This document shows, one piece after another, positions 33,274 through 58,290 of a DNA stretch of 64,000 nt (the stretch's first letter is position 1; each line of letters starts with the position of its first letter). The DNA lies in NCBI GenBank assembly GCA_964016885.1, contig OZ024744.1, forward strand, positions 69,192,001 to 69,256,000. Reading direction: 5' to 3'. The DNA comes from Eledone cirrhosa (Eukaryota). The notes below the pieces were generated by a model. It made no database searches and was not told the origin of the DNA. It saw only the letters and a list, made by a program, of their open reading frames with translations. Position numbers and translations under genes: made by a program.

Positions 33274-35335
33274 GGAAAATTTGAACAGGAACAAAACAGA
33301 GAGGCAGTACAACGAATGTTTATTAATTTCACGCTCTGGAGAGTGGGGTGGTGGTGGGGAACGACGTTTCGGGCATAAGCCCTTCCTCAGGTGAGAAGTG
33401 TGTGGGAAGAGAGTTCAAAGGATGTGTAGGGGAGTGGTGGAGAGACATATAGCGAAAAGGGGGTGGGAGGAAACGGTGCGAATGAAATTAAAAATAAAAA
33501 TAAAAATAAAGCATGATCAAAATAAAAATAAAAATAAAAATAAATATAAAAGCATGATCAAAATAAACTGAAATTAAAAAGGGGTAAAACAGGTGGTGGA
33601 AGGGTGTGGGGTGTGTAGGGGTGGTGGCGGTTGGAGTGGGGAGAGGGAGACGGGGTGTCCGAGCGGGGAGGGCTGAAGGTGGTATGTGTGTGTAGGTGTA
33701 CGTGTGTGTGTGTGTGTGTGTGTATGTGAAAGCAAGGGTTGGGGGAAGAACGGGGTTGCATATTCAGGAAGAGGTGTGTGTGGGGTGAGGTGTAGGTCGG
33801 AGTGTGTGTGCGTGTGTGGATAGAGGGGTGGGGGGAGAGGAATCCGGAGGCTGAAGGTGTAAATATGTGGTGGAAAGCACGTGTGTGTGGGGTTTAAGCG
33901 TGTTGTGGGTGTAGGTGGCGTGTGTGAGAAAAACATTTTTTTGGGGTGTGTGTGTGGGTGAGTTATATAGGTGATTCCGTAAGAGGATGTGGTTGAAATG
34001 TTGGTAAACTCCTATGATGGTAGTAGATTCCACGGTGGTCAAGTTCCACATACGAGTATTCCATGAAGAGATGGTCGGAAGAGAAGAGATGTGGGGTGCG
34101 CGCGCAACAGGAAGTAGTCAAGGCGGTGGGAGTGCTGTGCGTCTGTTTGTGCTGGGAGGTGGTCAAAGGGCATAGCAGCAGTCGGGTGGAATGGTAAAGG
34201 GGCGAGGATGGGTTGGTGTGAAAGTTGGAGTGAGGAGGGTGTGTGTGTGTATTAGTAGAGGTGTTAGTGGGATGAGTGAGTGTGGGGAAAGGGTGTGAAG
34301 GATGTGGGGTCGATGGAGGGAGTGTGGTGTACTGGTGTGTGTGTAGTTTGATGAAGGGGGTGTTAGTGGGTGTTAGTATACGGGAGGTGGAGAAAGGGTT
34401 GAATGCAGGTGTGAGTGGGGGTTAGTGGTGGTAGGGTGTGTAGAGTTGGTGGTGTACGAGGGTGTGTGGGTACGTGTGCGTGGGGTTGGGGGGTGTTAGT
34501 GATGTTAGTTGCGTGTGGGGTGGGTGGTGTAAGTGGGTGCGTGTGTTCGTGTGCTTGGGGTCAGGGGGTGTTAGTGATGTTAGTTGCGGGGTGGTGGATT
34601 GGAGGTGTGGGGGTGAGGGTTAGTGGTGGTAGTAGGGTGTGTATTTAGTGTGAGCGCGTGTATATATGTGCCGGTGGGTGTGTGCGTGTGATAAGGAGGG
34701 GGGAGAAGAAGGGAGGGATGTTAGTATGTTAGTTGGGGAAGGGTGGTCGGATGAGCAGTGGAGTGGAGGTGTAAGTATTGTTAGTTGTGGGGTAGGCGGT
34801 GAAAAGGAGGGGTGTGTTAGTGGTGTTAGTGGGGGATATGTGTGGGGGGAGGGGGCGGCCGAAGGCTAAAGGAATAAGGGTGGGGAGTTCAGGCCGGGGG
34901 GAGTGTGGGTCTGTAAGATGAAGATGGTTCTTTGTTCGACTCTGAGGAGATTGGCGGGTGTTCCGTGGCATTGGAGTAGGCCACAGACTGTGAGATGGCG
35001 TGCGGAATGTCCAGGGGCACCAAAGTAGCGGGCGATGGGGGAACTACCACCGAGACGAATATCCCGGAGGTGCTCAGTGAATCGGTCCGCCAGGCGACGT
35101 CCCATCTGTCCGACATAAGTCGCGCTGCACTCCGTGCAGCGAAGTCCGTAGACTAGGTTGGAGGAGGTGCAGCGGAAGGCATGCCGGACAGAGACTGGCC
35201 GTTGGGACCCTGGAAGGTGGTGGTGTTGGTGATGTGGGGAGTGTTGCAGCGGGGCCTAGAACAGGGAAAGGAACCGGGGGGGGGGGAGCTGTGGACGAGG
35301 AGGGTGCGGAGATTGCGTGCGCGTTTGAAGGAGGT
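33272..35335 (-). mobile_element. Penelope-like element 3' part (Neptune-like GIY-YIG) with a long CA-rich 3' UTR
   Basis: FRCTSSNLVYGLRCTECSATYVGQMGRRLADRFTEH..PIA.YF..GH..EQRTIF.LQT..P.GLN, then a C/A-rich UTR, a hammerhead motif and termination at (TA)n. Confidence 0.85.
33360..33395 (-). ncRNA. Minimal hammerhead ribozyme motif (PLE type)
   Basis: CTGAGGA-A-GGGC-TTAT-GCCC-GAAACGTC, with a palindromic loopless stem III (ACGT). Stem I is only ~2 bp. Confidence 0.65.
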
Positions 35336-35581
35336 TAAAAAAGGTTAATCCAAGGTTCAATGAATAAATCAAAGAATGATTTATTTGAATCTCTAACAGT
35401 TATGTAAATTGCTATTATGTATATTGTTTTTTAAGCTTTCTCACACGCACTCTCTGTATTATATGTAATTTTTTCATGTCTCAATCTTAAGGTATATAAA
35501 TATTGAGTTTTGTCATATCTTATTCACTACCATGACTGAATCTTAACCATCTACTAAGTCAGGGTATGTCATGCATCATCT

Positions 35582-35648
35582 TATTTTATCTGATGAGGAC
35601 GTACTGTTGAAGATAGCTCAGTACCTCTGAAATATGTATAATAAAATA
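35582..35648 (+). ncRNA. Type I hammerhead ribozyme
   Basis: Stem I TATTTTAT/ATAAAATA (8 bp), CTGATGA, stem II GGACGTACTG/CAGTACCTCT (9 of 10 pairs), GAAA, short stem III AT-ATGT-AT, and an AUA cleavage triplet at 35638-35640. Confidence 0.8.
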
Positions 35649-35698
35649 TACTTGATCACACGAATGTCTATTTTTGTTAATATTTTGAATTAATATAT

Positions 35699-36732
<1,034 letters not shown>

Positions 36733-37740
36733 ATATTAAATAAATGGAAAACTATATTTATAAAACCATATTTATTTCATTATATATATTTCGGGGATAT
36801 CATATTAACAATATGCTATGCCTTCATCAGACAAAATACAATATAAACAGTTTTATAGATAAATAGATTCGACATACCGTTATAACACCGACTTCATTTG
36901 AAGAGGTTTAAGCTGGCAGTGAACAAATTTTACACAGAGAGAAAGAAAGAGAGAGAACACAGAAAGAAAGACAGAAAACGAAGAAAAGGAAGAAAAAGAA
37001 GAGAAAGAGGAAATGCATGGAACAAAATAGAGAGATGGAAAGATAGATAAAGCGAAGAACTTCATGTAAAGAAACAGAAAGAGATATATATATAGAGAGA
37101 GAGAGGAAATAGAGATAGATACATATATATATAGAAAATTAGGTAGTGGGAGGTCATCTTGAGTAAATGTATCAATGATACGTTTATTTATTTATTTATT
37201 TATTTAGCTCAAGTATTAATGTAAGGGAGATATATATAGAGAGAAGAAATATAGAGAGAGGAAAAAATAGCAAGAGAAAAAAATTTAAAAATAGCCAGAT
37301 ATATTCGAGGCGTAAAAACCCTATGTTTTAATGTATTAGTATTTATAAAACTTACACTATATTGTAAATATCAGTATTCCTGAATGAGACAAGTATCCAT
37401 AATGTGTGAAAATTAATTATCTTATGTTTAGTTTTAAAAAATTCATATGTTTATGTGACAGCTACAAACATCCATGCGAATCCAACTGATTCACTCTGCA
37501 AACTCTTAGTTCACGGAAAACATTCTCAACTGTTTATATTGTATTTTGTCTGATGAAGGCATAGCATATTGTTAATATGATATCCCCGAAATATATATAA
37601 TGAAATAAATATGGTTTTATAAATATAGTTTTCCATTTATTTAATATTGTAAATATACTCCAAATATTTGTCGAGTGCTTTTATATCAGTTATAAATATT
37701 TACTAGTTGTAACCCAACAATTTTAAATATAACTTTCCAT
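36733..37740. mobile_element. Non-coding PLE-like element with ~120-bp inverted repeats, each containing a hammerhead motif
   Basis: 36733-36852 is the reverse complement of 37528-37649. The core is CTGATGAAGG..CATATT-GTT-AATATG..CCGAAATATATATA. (TA)n on both sides. Confidence 0.75.
37542..37608 (+). ncRNA. Type I hammerhead motif (mirror copy on the - strand at ~36773-36839)
   Basis: TATTTTGT-CTGATGA-A-GG...CC-GAAA-TATATATA-ATGAAATA. Stem I has two G-U pairs and stem III is palindromic. Confidence 0.7.
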
Positions 37741-37879
37741 ATATATATATATATATATATATTACCGTCATTACTGATACAAGATTATGTCAACTGTTGA
37801 CTTTCGAAAGAGTTCGTATGGTTGAAGCCGTTCGTGTTACCGTTCAGTATTATTATAATTGCTTTACAGCATAGAACTA

Positions 37880-38028
37880 TGGCCCTCCACGCTCCGAGCT
37901 CAAATCCTGCCGAGATCAACCTTGCCTTTCATACCCCACAGAGTCAACAAAAGAGAGTACCAGTAATGCGCTGGAGCAATCGCTGGAACAATCGCTGGCT
38001 CGGTGCCAAAAGCAGAAAAATTATTATT
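37880..38028 (+). mobile_element. SINE, diverged copy
   Basis: GAGCTCAAATCCTGCCGAG..GCCTTTCAT..AGTACCAG..GTGCCAAAAGCAGAAAAATTATT. Confidence 0.65.
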
Positions 38029-38715
38029 AAAGTTGTTTTCTTAAGGCCCGGTCGCTGGTGATGGTGATGGTGATGGTGATGGTGATGGTGATGGTGATGG
38101 CGGCGGTGGATGGTGGTGGTGGTGGTTGAAGTTGTTGTTGTGTTGTGTGTGTATTGTTTTTTTTTTATATTTTTTTACATTTTGTGTTTTTTATTTGTTT
38201 TATTTTTATCGTTTGATGCCGCTGTTGTTGTTGTTGTAAATATTCATTTCATTCTGAAGCTGTTGTTGCTGTAAACATTAGTGCCGGTGTTGTTGTTGTA
38301 GATGTTGGGGTTGAAATCTAGTCGTTTGACTGAGTGATGTATATACACACACATATATATACACACACACACATTCAACACAAGGTAGAGAGTTTGACAA
38401 CAGGTCGATGACTTTAGTCTACAATGGTAATGATATGTGTAAATGTGGTGGTAGTGTAGACGTTATTGTGGTGGCGGGGAGGGGCAGTGAGATGTATCTA
38501 GTTCATTTGTCCGTTTCCTTCTCTGCGAAATTTGAATTTTAGCCATGTTATATTGAGATGTAAGTAAATGTAAAATGTAAAATATAAATAAGGATTTCTC
38601 TGGCAAAATATAGGAAAATATTTGTGTAACTTCCACAAACTTCTGTTATATTTCCGAGTCCAGTGAGCAAAAATGTGTTGTATTTTGATGTTTCAGAATA
38701 CAAAAATTAATTACA

Positions 38716-39392
38716 CATACATACATACATGCATACATGATGGCTGCCCCCTCGTTATCGAGTATGGCCATTGCACGATATACCATTATTAATTATTATT
38801 AATTAATTCTATCGTGCAATGCCTGTGCGTGAAGATATTTTTTAAAGTGAGGAAAGACTGTGCACTGAGCCAATCCCACTCTCTGGGCGACAGTAGCTAT
38901 AACCCGAAAAGAAGAAAAGAAGAAAAGATCAACATCATCGGTAACTACTGAGCCGCAGGTTTTATATCGGAGTTATCCCAGTTTCCTGAGTTGCCTTCTC
39001 CTATGAGAATGCCCAGACAAAGGATAGGGGTCCTTCACTCCCAGTGGTTTAACCGCGCGATCGGGTGTCCAGCCCGACTATTTCTATGTCCCCGCACATA
39101 TACACACACATGCACCCATCTATATACACATATACATATACATACATATGTACATGTGTATATACATATTTACACACTTTTGGATGGCCGTTGACTCTTA
39201 TGAGTTCTTCCGCCCTTTGTCAGGTTTTGTTTTTTGTCCTGCAGGGTGTCCAAAATCACCCTCCTCACTAAGTAAACTTGGCTTCACCAAGTAAACTTGG
39301 TGGGGTTGCCGGTTTAGTCGCCGACGACCCGACCATGCGACAGGTTGTACTGGATTACATGCTACCAATAGCACTCAAGAGTGACCCGACAT
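38716..39392 (-). mobile_element. RTE-derived non-autonomous element, subfamily 2, interrupted by microsatellites
   Basis: The 3' tail at 38736-38780 is nearly identical to the RTE tail at 3694-3735. The body at 38812-39095 and the 5' part at 39181-39392 are homologous to the array unit. Confidence 0.8.
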
Positions 39393-39472
39393 AACATACA
39401 TACATACATACATACATACATACATACATACATACATACATACATACATACATACATACATACATACATACA

Positions 39473-39910
39473 TGCCACCAAATTAAAGCACAACCGGCCT
39501 GATATTGCTGTTTGGGACCACACATTGAAGACGTGCTCTGTTGTAGAGATCAGCTGCCCACTTGATGTCAACGTTGTGAGAAAAATACAAGAGAAGGAGG
39601 ACATCTACAGACCATTGATGAGGAGTTTGCAAATCCAGTACCCAAGATAAACGTTCAGCTTCATACCCATCATTATGGGAGCTACAGGTTATATACCAAC
39701 CTGCTTGGACCAAAGCATAACTGAATTTGGATTTGTAGACAAAGAGTGAAGCTCCTTAATTCATGGATTACAAATGACTGCGATAGCTGGCACCTTCAAA
39801 ATTTGCAAAACGTTCTTGCTATTGAAGGGATGACAATTTTTTCCTTTTACAACCTTGCCGCCAGGAAGGTGGCCAGTAAAAATGTACTCGAAATTAAGAG
39901 AAAGAGAAAC
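39473..39910 (+). mobile_element. 3' fragment of a second RLE-type LINE family, embedded in (CATA)n
   Basis: KHNRPDIAVWD..CSVVEISCP..EKEDIY..FIPIIMGATG. Diverged from the Dong copies. CATA repeats on both sides. Confidence 0.8.
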
Positions 39911-39922
39911 ATACATACGTAT

Positions 39923-51083
<11,161 letters not shown>

Positions 51084-52029
51084 AGAGAAGTTCTGGCGGA
51101 AACACAGCAGATATGACAGCGTTCTATGAAACAGTGAACAAAAATTATATACTGTGGTAAAGGTAAGCTGCCAAGCGGTTGTGAATATATCACCAAGGTT
51201 TTCGAAAAAGAAAACAACTAAAGTTAACTCATGTGGAACTTAGGGCTTTTATATCCAAACTATAGATTTTTTATTTTGCCGATTAAAAATAGCTGAACTC
51301 GGCTATGTGACTACAGAGTCTAAAAAAAAAAAAAAAAAAGAGAGACTTGGAAAACCTGGGGTTTTTCTCCGAAAGAATAAATCAAACTCACCTGTATGGG
51401 GAGGTGGACGGACGGGGGGGGGGGGGGGGGCACCGCCTACCCCACCCCATAATAATTATATTTTCCCCAAAAAACTAACAAAATTTACATATATTTGGAT
51501 ATACTCTACAATTTAGGTACATATTATGTTTATCGCATACCGAATTTTTCTGACCAATTTAGATTGCAAAAAGCTAAATTAATCAGTACAACTAAATTGA
51601 CCAAATGCTTCAACGTCCCCTATTTATCCTTAAAATTCAATCGATTAGTTGCAGAGTGAAGATTTTCAAGACACTCGAAAGATTCTATTTAAGTTTCCTG
51701 GAATGAATATATGGATACAACTACATACCTACACATGATACACACCTATACATAAGCAGTAATCATACACACTAACGCTGAAACATTCGTATACTACAGA
51801 ATTCATGTACAAGATTATAATTATTTCTTTTTCTTTTTTTTTTAATAATGATTATTATGCAACAGGCTTATGGTCGTGAAACATATACACATACACAAGT
51901 TCCGAAGACAAGAGAACTAAACTCCCACTGTCACTGCCTCCGTTTCTTCCACACTTCCCCATCTCTCACTATTATCAGCAACTGGGGGCCTATAAAAACT
52001 ATAGAATTATATAGAATGATATAGAAATG

Positions 52030-52370
52030 TTACGGGGTCAATAAAATAAAGTACCAGTAACGCACTGGCGTCGATTTAATCGACTTTCCCCTTCCTCCAA
52101 ATTGCTGTCATTGTGCCTAAATCAGAAACCATTATTATATAGAAACTAGCGGTGGATTAACAGTATTGGTAGCGCGCCGGACTTGTTTTGCTGGATAGGA
52201 TTACGCCCCTTTACAATCCGAATTCAAATCTCACCGAGGTTAGCTTGGCCTTTCATCCTTACGGGGTCGATAAAATAAAGTACCAGCAATGCACTGGCGT
52301 CGATTTAATCGACTTACCTCCGTCCCTTCAAATTGCTGGTCTTTTGCCTAAATCTGAAACAATTATTATA
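52030..52370 (+). mobile_element. Two tandem SINE copies (3' half plus near-complete)
   Basis: TACGGGGTC(A/G)ATAAAATAAAGTACCAG...CCTAAATC(A/T)GAAAC..ATTATT occurs twice. Confidence 0.8.
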
Positions 52371-52607
52371 TAGAAATTACGTAATATGACGGCTGTAGCT
52401 TGATAACATCTGTTGCCCCCATAATAGTGATTGATCCAAGTCAGTGGCTAGTTTATCGGGCGATGGAGTTACAGTCGGCGTTTGATTTCGAGTATAGGTG
52501 ATTGGTTTAAGTTTGGCTTGGGTTCGAGGTTGGCTTGGATTTATTTTGGATGAATTTAATTACAGGTCAGGGCAATCGGCGGTCTTGTTTGCATTTACCT
52601 ATATAGC

Positions 52608-52790
52608 CTAATTGGAACTCCGTCGGTTACGACGATGAATGTTCCAGTTAATACGATCGACGGAACAGCCTGATCGTGAAATTAACGTGCAAGTAGCTGA
52701 GCATTCCACAGACATGCTTACCCTTACCGTATTTCTTAGGGGAATTCATATTCAGCGTGACACAGAATATGACAAAACTGGGCCTTCAAT
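52608..52790. mobile_element. Fragment of another interspersed repeat (SINE-like)
   Basis: CTCCGTCGGTTACGACG..GGAACAGCCTG.TCGTGAAATTAACGTGCAAGT..ATTCAGCGTGACACAG resembles a repeat I recall as abundant in octopus. Not verified. Confidence 0.5.
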
Positions 52791-52821
52791 TTAAAACACC
52801 TATATATATGCACTCACTAAC

Positions 52822-53137
52822 CAGGGTTGTTATTTAGAACTTGGGTGGTCCGTGGCACTTCAGGTTTGGGGTGACCCTCATACGCAAAAAAAAAAAAAAA
52901 TAGAATACACATCAACCCCACCTCCTACCCAATTTTAGATATCAAAGTTAACTTGTTGCAAGTAACTGGAATTGAAAAGTTATGCATGCAGGCATTAAAT
53001 TCAGAAATTCTAACCATCCTAGAACTTACAAGACCAGCTGAGGGTACGAATAAATTGCTATGGCCGCCGTTGGTAGGATCCACCACTGTAGGGGCTGAGG
53101 GCAGTGATCCCCTTTGACTCCATTAAATCCGGCCCTG
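52822..53137. mobile_element. hAT-type MITE
   Basis: Ends CAGGG...TAAATCCGGCCCTG, with an 8-bp TSD TCACTAAC/TCACTTAC (7 of 8). Confidence 0.7.
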
Positions 53138-53159
53138 TCACTTACATATTTACAAATCC

Positions 53160-53420
53160 CTGGAAGAGTCACGAACCAATTGGTCGCTCTCCGATAGGTT
53201 TGTGGTCGTGCCACTGACAGTGGAGACTTCTGGTGTTCTTCGTCCTAGGGTTACTTCCCTACTCACCACCATAGGCGCTGAGCTGGCCAACCGCAGGTGT
53301 GAGTCTCGTGAGATGGAATGGCCCTTCCAACGCATCTCCCTTCCCATCTTCCGGGGAAACGATTTCTCCATTCTGTCCGCCGGGGCTGCCAGCACATTGG
53401 ACCCCATTTGCTCATAATAC
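53160..53420 (+). mobile_element. CRE-clade LINE C-terminal fragment
   Basis: VPLTVETSG..IGAELA..E.REMEWPFQRISLPIFRGN.FSIL matches the CRE RLE C-terminal pattern (P.AVET.G...FQR.S.AI.RGN). Confidence 0.7.
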
Positions 53421-54041
53421 AAATATATGGGGAGGGCGAGAGAGATGGAGGCGATGACAGTGGAATTTCGGCTCTTCCGTGTTCGGACACATTTATCAAT
53501 TCTATGTTGCTGCCTTCCTTATTATGATTTACTTTTTAAACAAAACAATATCGCCACTTTATTAGGGCAAAACCTTAACTTTAAATTCAGTTTCTTGAGT
53601 TTCTTGAGAAAATAAAATAACAGAAAAGAAAGAAAATATAATTTTAAACTCCAAACAGTCAAGACGTGTGATTCCATCGTCAAGTTGTCAAGTCTGCCTG
53701 CAACAACTCTGCCAGATGCCTTTGATCACAGATTACTAATTAAAGCAACCAGGTGAAACAGTATTTCTTCAACGGCGAAAAGATTGCCTGGCGCGAATAT
53801 CAATATTTTTGCCTAAAAACAAAAAACAAAAAAAGACCAAAATCCGAAAGCACCCCCTCCCAAAGACCCCCACCCCCACCCCAGACCTACTGTAATGTAT
53901 TATTGCACAAATACCGCTTTTGAACATTAATTTCTGCTGGCTTACGACATAACATGCATTCTCTTACAATATGTGACTGTTGAATATTCCCTCCTGTGAG
54001 TTTTATTATTCTATACTTGATCGATGTGATCAATTCAATCA

Positions 54042-54745
54042 TTATGATGAAGACAACATAAATACAATATTTACTACATTATATTGTTGTGTTTTAATGT
54101 GTTTTTGGTGTTCTTTATACGTTTGTACGTTTGTAAGTTTGTACGTTTATACGTTTGTACGTTTGTACGTTTATACGCGTGTACGTTTGTACGTTTATAC
54201 GTTTGTACGTTTGTATGTTTATACGTTTGTACGTTTGCACGTTTATACGTTTGTACGTTTGCACGTTTGTACGTTTATACGATTATATTTTGTACGTTTG
54301 CACGTTTGTACGTTTATACGTTTGCGCGTTTATACGTTTGTACGTTTATAAGTTTGTTCGTATGATGAAGGCAACATAAATACAATAATTACTACATTAT
54401 TTTGTTGTTTTAATGTGTTTTTGGTATTCTTTATACGTTGGTACGTTTACACGTTTGTACGTTTGCACGTTTATATGTTTGCAAGTTTGTACGTTTTTAC
54501 GTTTGCATGTGTATACGTTTCTACGTTTCTACGTTTCTACGTTTCTACGTTTGTACATTTGTACATTTGTACGTTTGTACGTTTGTACGTTTGTACGTTT
54601 GCATGTTTATACGTTTGTACGTTTGTACGTTTGTACGTTTGTACGTTTGCATGTTTATACGTTTGTACGTTTACACGTTGGTACGTTTATATGTTTGTAT
54701 GTGTGTACGTTTATACGTTTGTACGTGTGTACGTTTATACATTAT
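54042..54745. repeat. 8-bp minisatellite (GTACGTTT variants) within two duplicated blocks
   Basis: The leader ATGATGAAG.CAACATAAATACAAT occurs at ~54043 and ~54362, each followed by octamer arrays. Confidence 0.9.
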
Positions 54746-54829
54746 ACTCAACCTTCAATTACCCCTCACTCGCAACACAACTTCTCTTTATTGGTTAATC
54801 CCCACCGAAATACAAGCTGGCTTCACATA

Positions 54830-55690
54830 TATACTTGCTAACATGCGTATATACGTCACAATGCGCATACATATATACATATATTTGTGTATGCTTGTGT
54901 GTGTGTGTGTGTTGAAAGTTATGACTATATTTATACATACACACGCTCACACATATATACACCGGTAGATGTGAATATGCACACATACATATATGTGTGT
55001 GTGTTGAAAGTTATTACTTTATTTATACACACACACACACAAATACATACACCAGTACATGCGTATATACATAGTAACACACATACATATACATATATGT
55101 GTGTGTGTTGAAAGTTATTACTATATTTACACACACACACACACAAATATATATACCGTGCGTATATACATCATAACACACATACATGTATTTGTGTGTG
55201 TGTGTGTGTTGAAAGTTATGACTATATACAAACATACACAAATATATACACCGGTACATGCGTATATACATCATAACACATACATATATACATATATTTG
55301 TGTGTGTGTTGAAAGTTATGACAATATGTACACACACACACAAATATATACACCGGTACATGTGTATATACATCATAACACACATACATAAATACATACA
55401 CCGGTACATGCATACATATATCATAGACAGATACATATATATATATATATATATATACATACATATATTTGTGTGTGTGTGTATGTTGATAATTATGACT
55501 ATGTACACACACACACACAAATACATACACAGGTACATGCATATATACATCATACACACATTCGTATATACATACATTTGTGTGTGTGGGCGCGTTGAAA
55601 GTTATGACTATACACAAATACACACAAAAAAAATACATACACAGGTACATGCATACATACAAAAACAAACGTGTACACGTTCATACATGC
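54830..55690. repeat. Degenerate ~85-110-bp minisatellite: (TG)n-TTGAAAGTTATGACTAT-(CA)n-ACCGGTACATG
   Basis: The core recurs at ~54911, 55003, 55108, 55209, 55309, 55485 (variant) and 55595. Confidence 0.8.
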
Positions 55691-56406
55691 AAACGTGCAC
55701 GCTCGTAAATACATATGCACATAAATACTAACACATACATGCATTCTAACAAACAAATACATACATATATACAGATAACGACACATACACGCATAACCTC
55801 CACACACACAAACACACAGACAGACAGATACACATACAGTAAAGTACGCGCACGCATACAAACATAGAGATATTTCATAGGTAGCTTAGTTGCTATAGTC
55901 ATCATTATATATACAAAATGGAATGGTGCGAACAAGCTAAAGGTAAGTAAGTAGAGCATTTATTTGCCTCATTGCTTTGCCTTGCGAGGCTAGCCTGCTA
56001 GCCCGCTTGCTGGCAGGTGAAGTTAGAAGGGAAAAAAAAAGCAAGTGTAATATGTATGTAAGTATGTATGTATGTAATCGCTATATAATAAATGTAGAGG
56101 AATTAAGCCATCTCAAACGGGAGTGGAAAACTACTGTGCACGTGACCGGAATTTTCCAGTGCCCGCTCAGAAGCTTGCCTGTCTGTCAGCCTGACTGCGT
56201 GTCAGCCTGTCTGCCTGCCTGTCTGTCTGTCTGCTTGCCTGCTTGTCTTGGCATGAATTATCATAAATTACCATAATTGATCGACGTCTGACCTGAAACT
56301 AAAAGAGAGTGGGGGAAATTGAGATGCAAGTTTTTCTCCTAATGAAACAAACAAATATATATATAAATATATGTATATGCATATATATAGATGAATATAT
56401 ATATGC

Positions 56407-56476
<70 letters not shown>

Positions 56477-56634
56477 AACAAATATATATGTATATATATA
56501 GATATACATATATATGAGAGAGAGGGGGGGGAATATAAACAAATAAATAGATAGATGGATGGATAGATATTTACACACAAACACACATACACATGCACTC
56601 ACTTCCGTACGCACAAACATACCCCTCCCCCTAC

Positions 56635-56679
<45 letters not shown>

Positions 56680-57158
56680 GAGAGAGATAGGTAGATATAG
56701 ATAGAGAGGGAAAAAAAAGGAAAGAAGCGGGGAGGTGAGATAGAATGTATCTCTCTATTCTATTAAGCATCTGTTTGACAGTCTTTCTCTCTCTCACTCA
56801 CTTTTTCACTTTACTATCTCTACAAACTTTCCTCCTCTACACATTTCTCCCTCTTTCTTGTTCTTTCTTTTCTTCTTTCTCTCCTACCTACTAAAGGTTT
56901 TGTCTAGTTTCTCTTCCCAATCTTTACTCCCCCCTCTATATATATTTAATTCTTTCTCCTCTTCTTCTTCTTCTTCTCTTTCTCTTTTTATTTCTACTCG
57001 CGACTCTTCACACACACACACACACTATCTGTCTACCTGTCTACCTGCCTACCTCTCCCCCCCCTCTATCATTAACAACCATCTCTTCTCTAATCTCTCT
57101 CTCTCTTTCTCTCTCTCACATACAAACCAACTCTCACAATCTCTATACTTTACATGGT

Positions 57159-57191
<33 letters not shown>

Positions 57192-57659
57192 TCACGTACA
57201 CTAACTTTCTTTTTCCTTTTTTCTCTTTATCTCTTTCTTACTCTCTATCTCTTTCTCATACAACTATCTCCTATATAATCTCTCTCTCTCTCTCTGTATT
57301 TACTTCACATTCAAACACCTTTTCTTTTCTACGATATTTCTACTCTCTCTAGTCTCGCACTCATTTGTCATAGACTTTTATTCTTTCTCCCCCCACCCCT
57401 CCCACTCACGCTCTCTTTCTTAGTATTTCTCTCTGTCTCTCACTCCCTAGCTGTATATTTCACTCACAGCGTCACTACTACCTCCTACATTTTCCTCCTT
57501 CTTGCTATACTTCGCTGGTCTTCCTGCTAACATTCTCTGATTATCTCCCTTACTCTCTCTCTCTCTCTCTCTCTTTATCTGATTCTTTCTCTGTCAATCT
57601 CTTTATTCTCATCCCACCCTCCCACCCCCCCATACTTCGCTATAAAGCTTTCCCTCTTA

Positions 57660-57839
<180 letters not shown>

Positions 57840-58011
57840 TACACACACACTCTCTACATTCTTCACACAGTTTCTGTAACCCTTCTATATCTCCATCCAT
57901 TTCTATTCATTCATTCTATTGTTTTTCTCTCAATTCTCGCTACCATCTCCTCTCCACCACACCAGCAACACATACAGTTTATAAGACCACCGTCTCTAAA
58001 TATTCTGAAAA

Positions 58012-58290
<279 letters not shown>

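Noticed and set aside
34250-34840. Telomeric repeats
   Set aside because: Only scattered GTTAGTG/GGGTTAG motifs are present, with no tandem TTAGGG.
55920-56160. Splice donor AAG/GTAAGT, E-box CACGTG and NF-kB-like GGAATTTTCC
   Set aside because: Such short motifs are expected by chance, and there is no supporting exon or promoter evidence.
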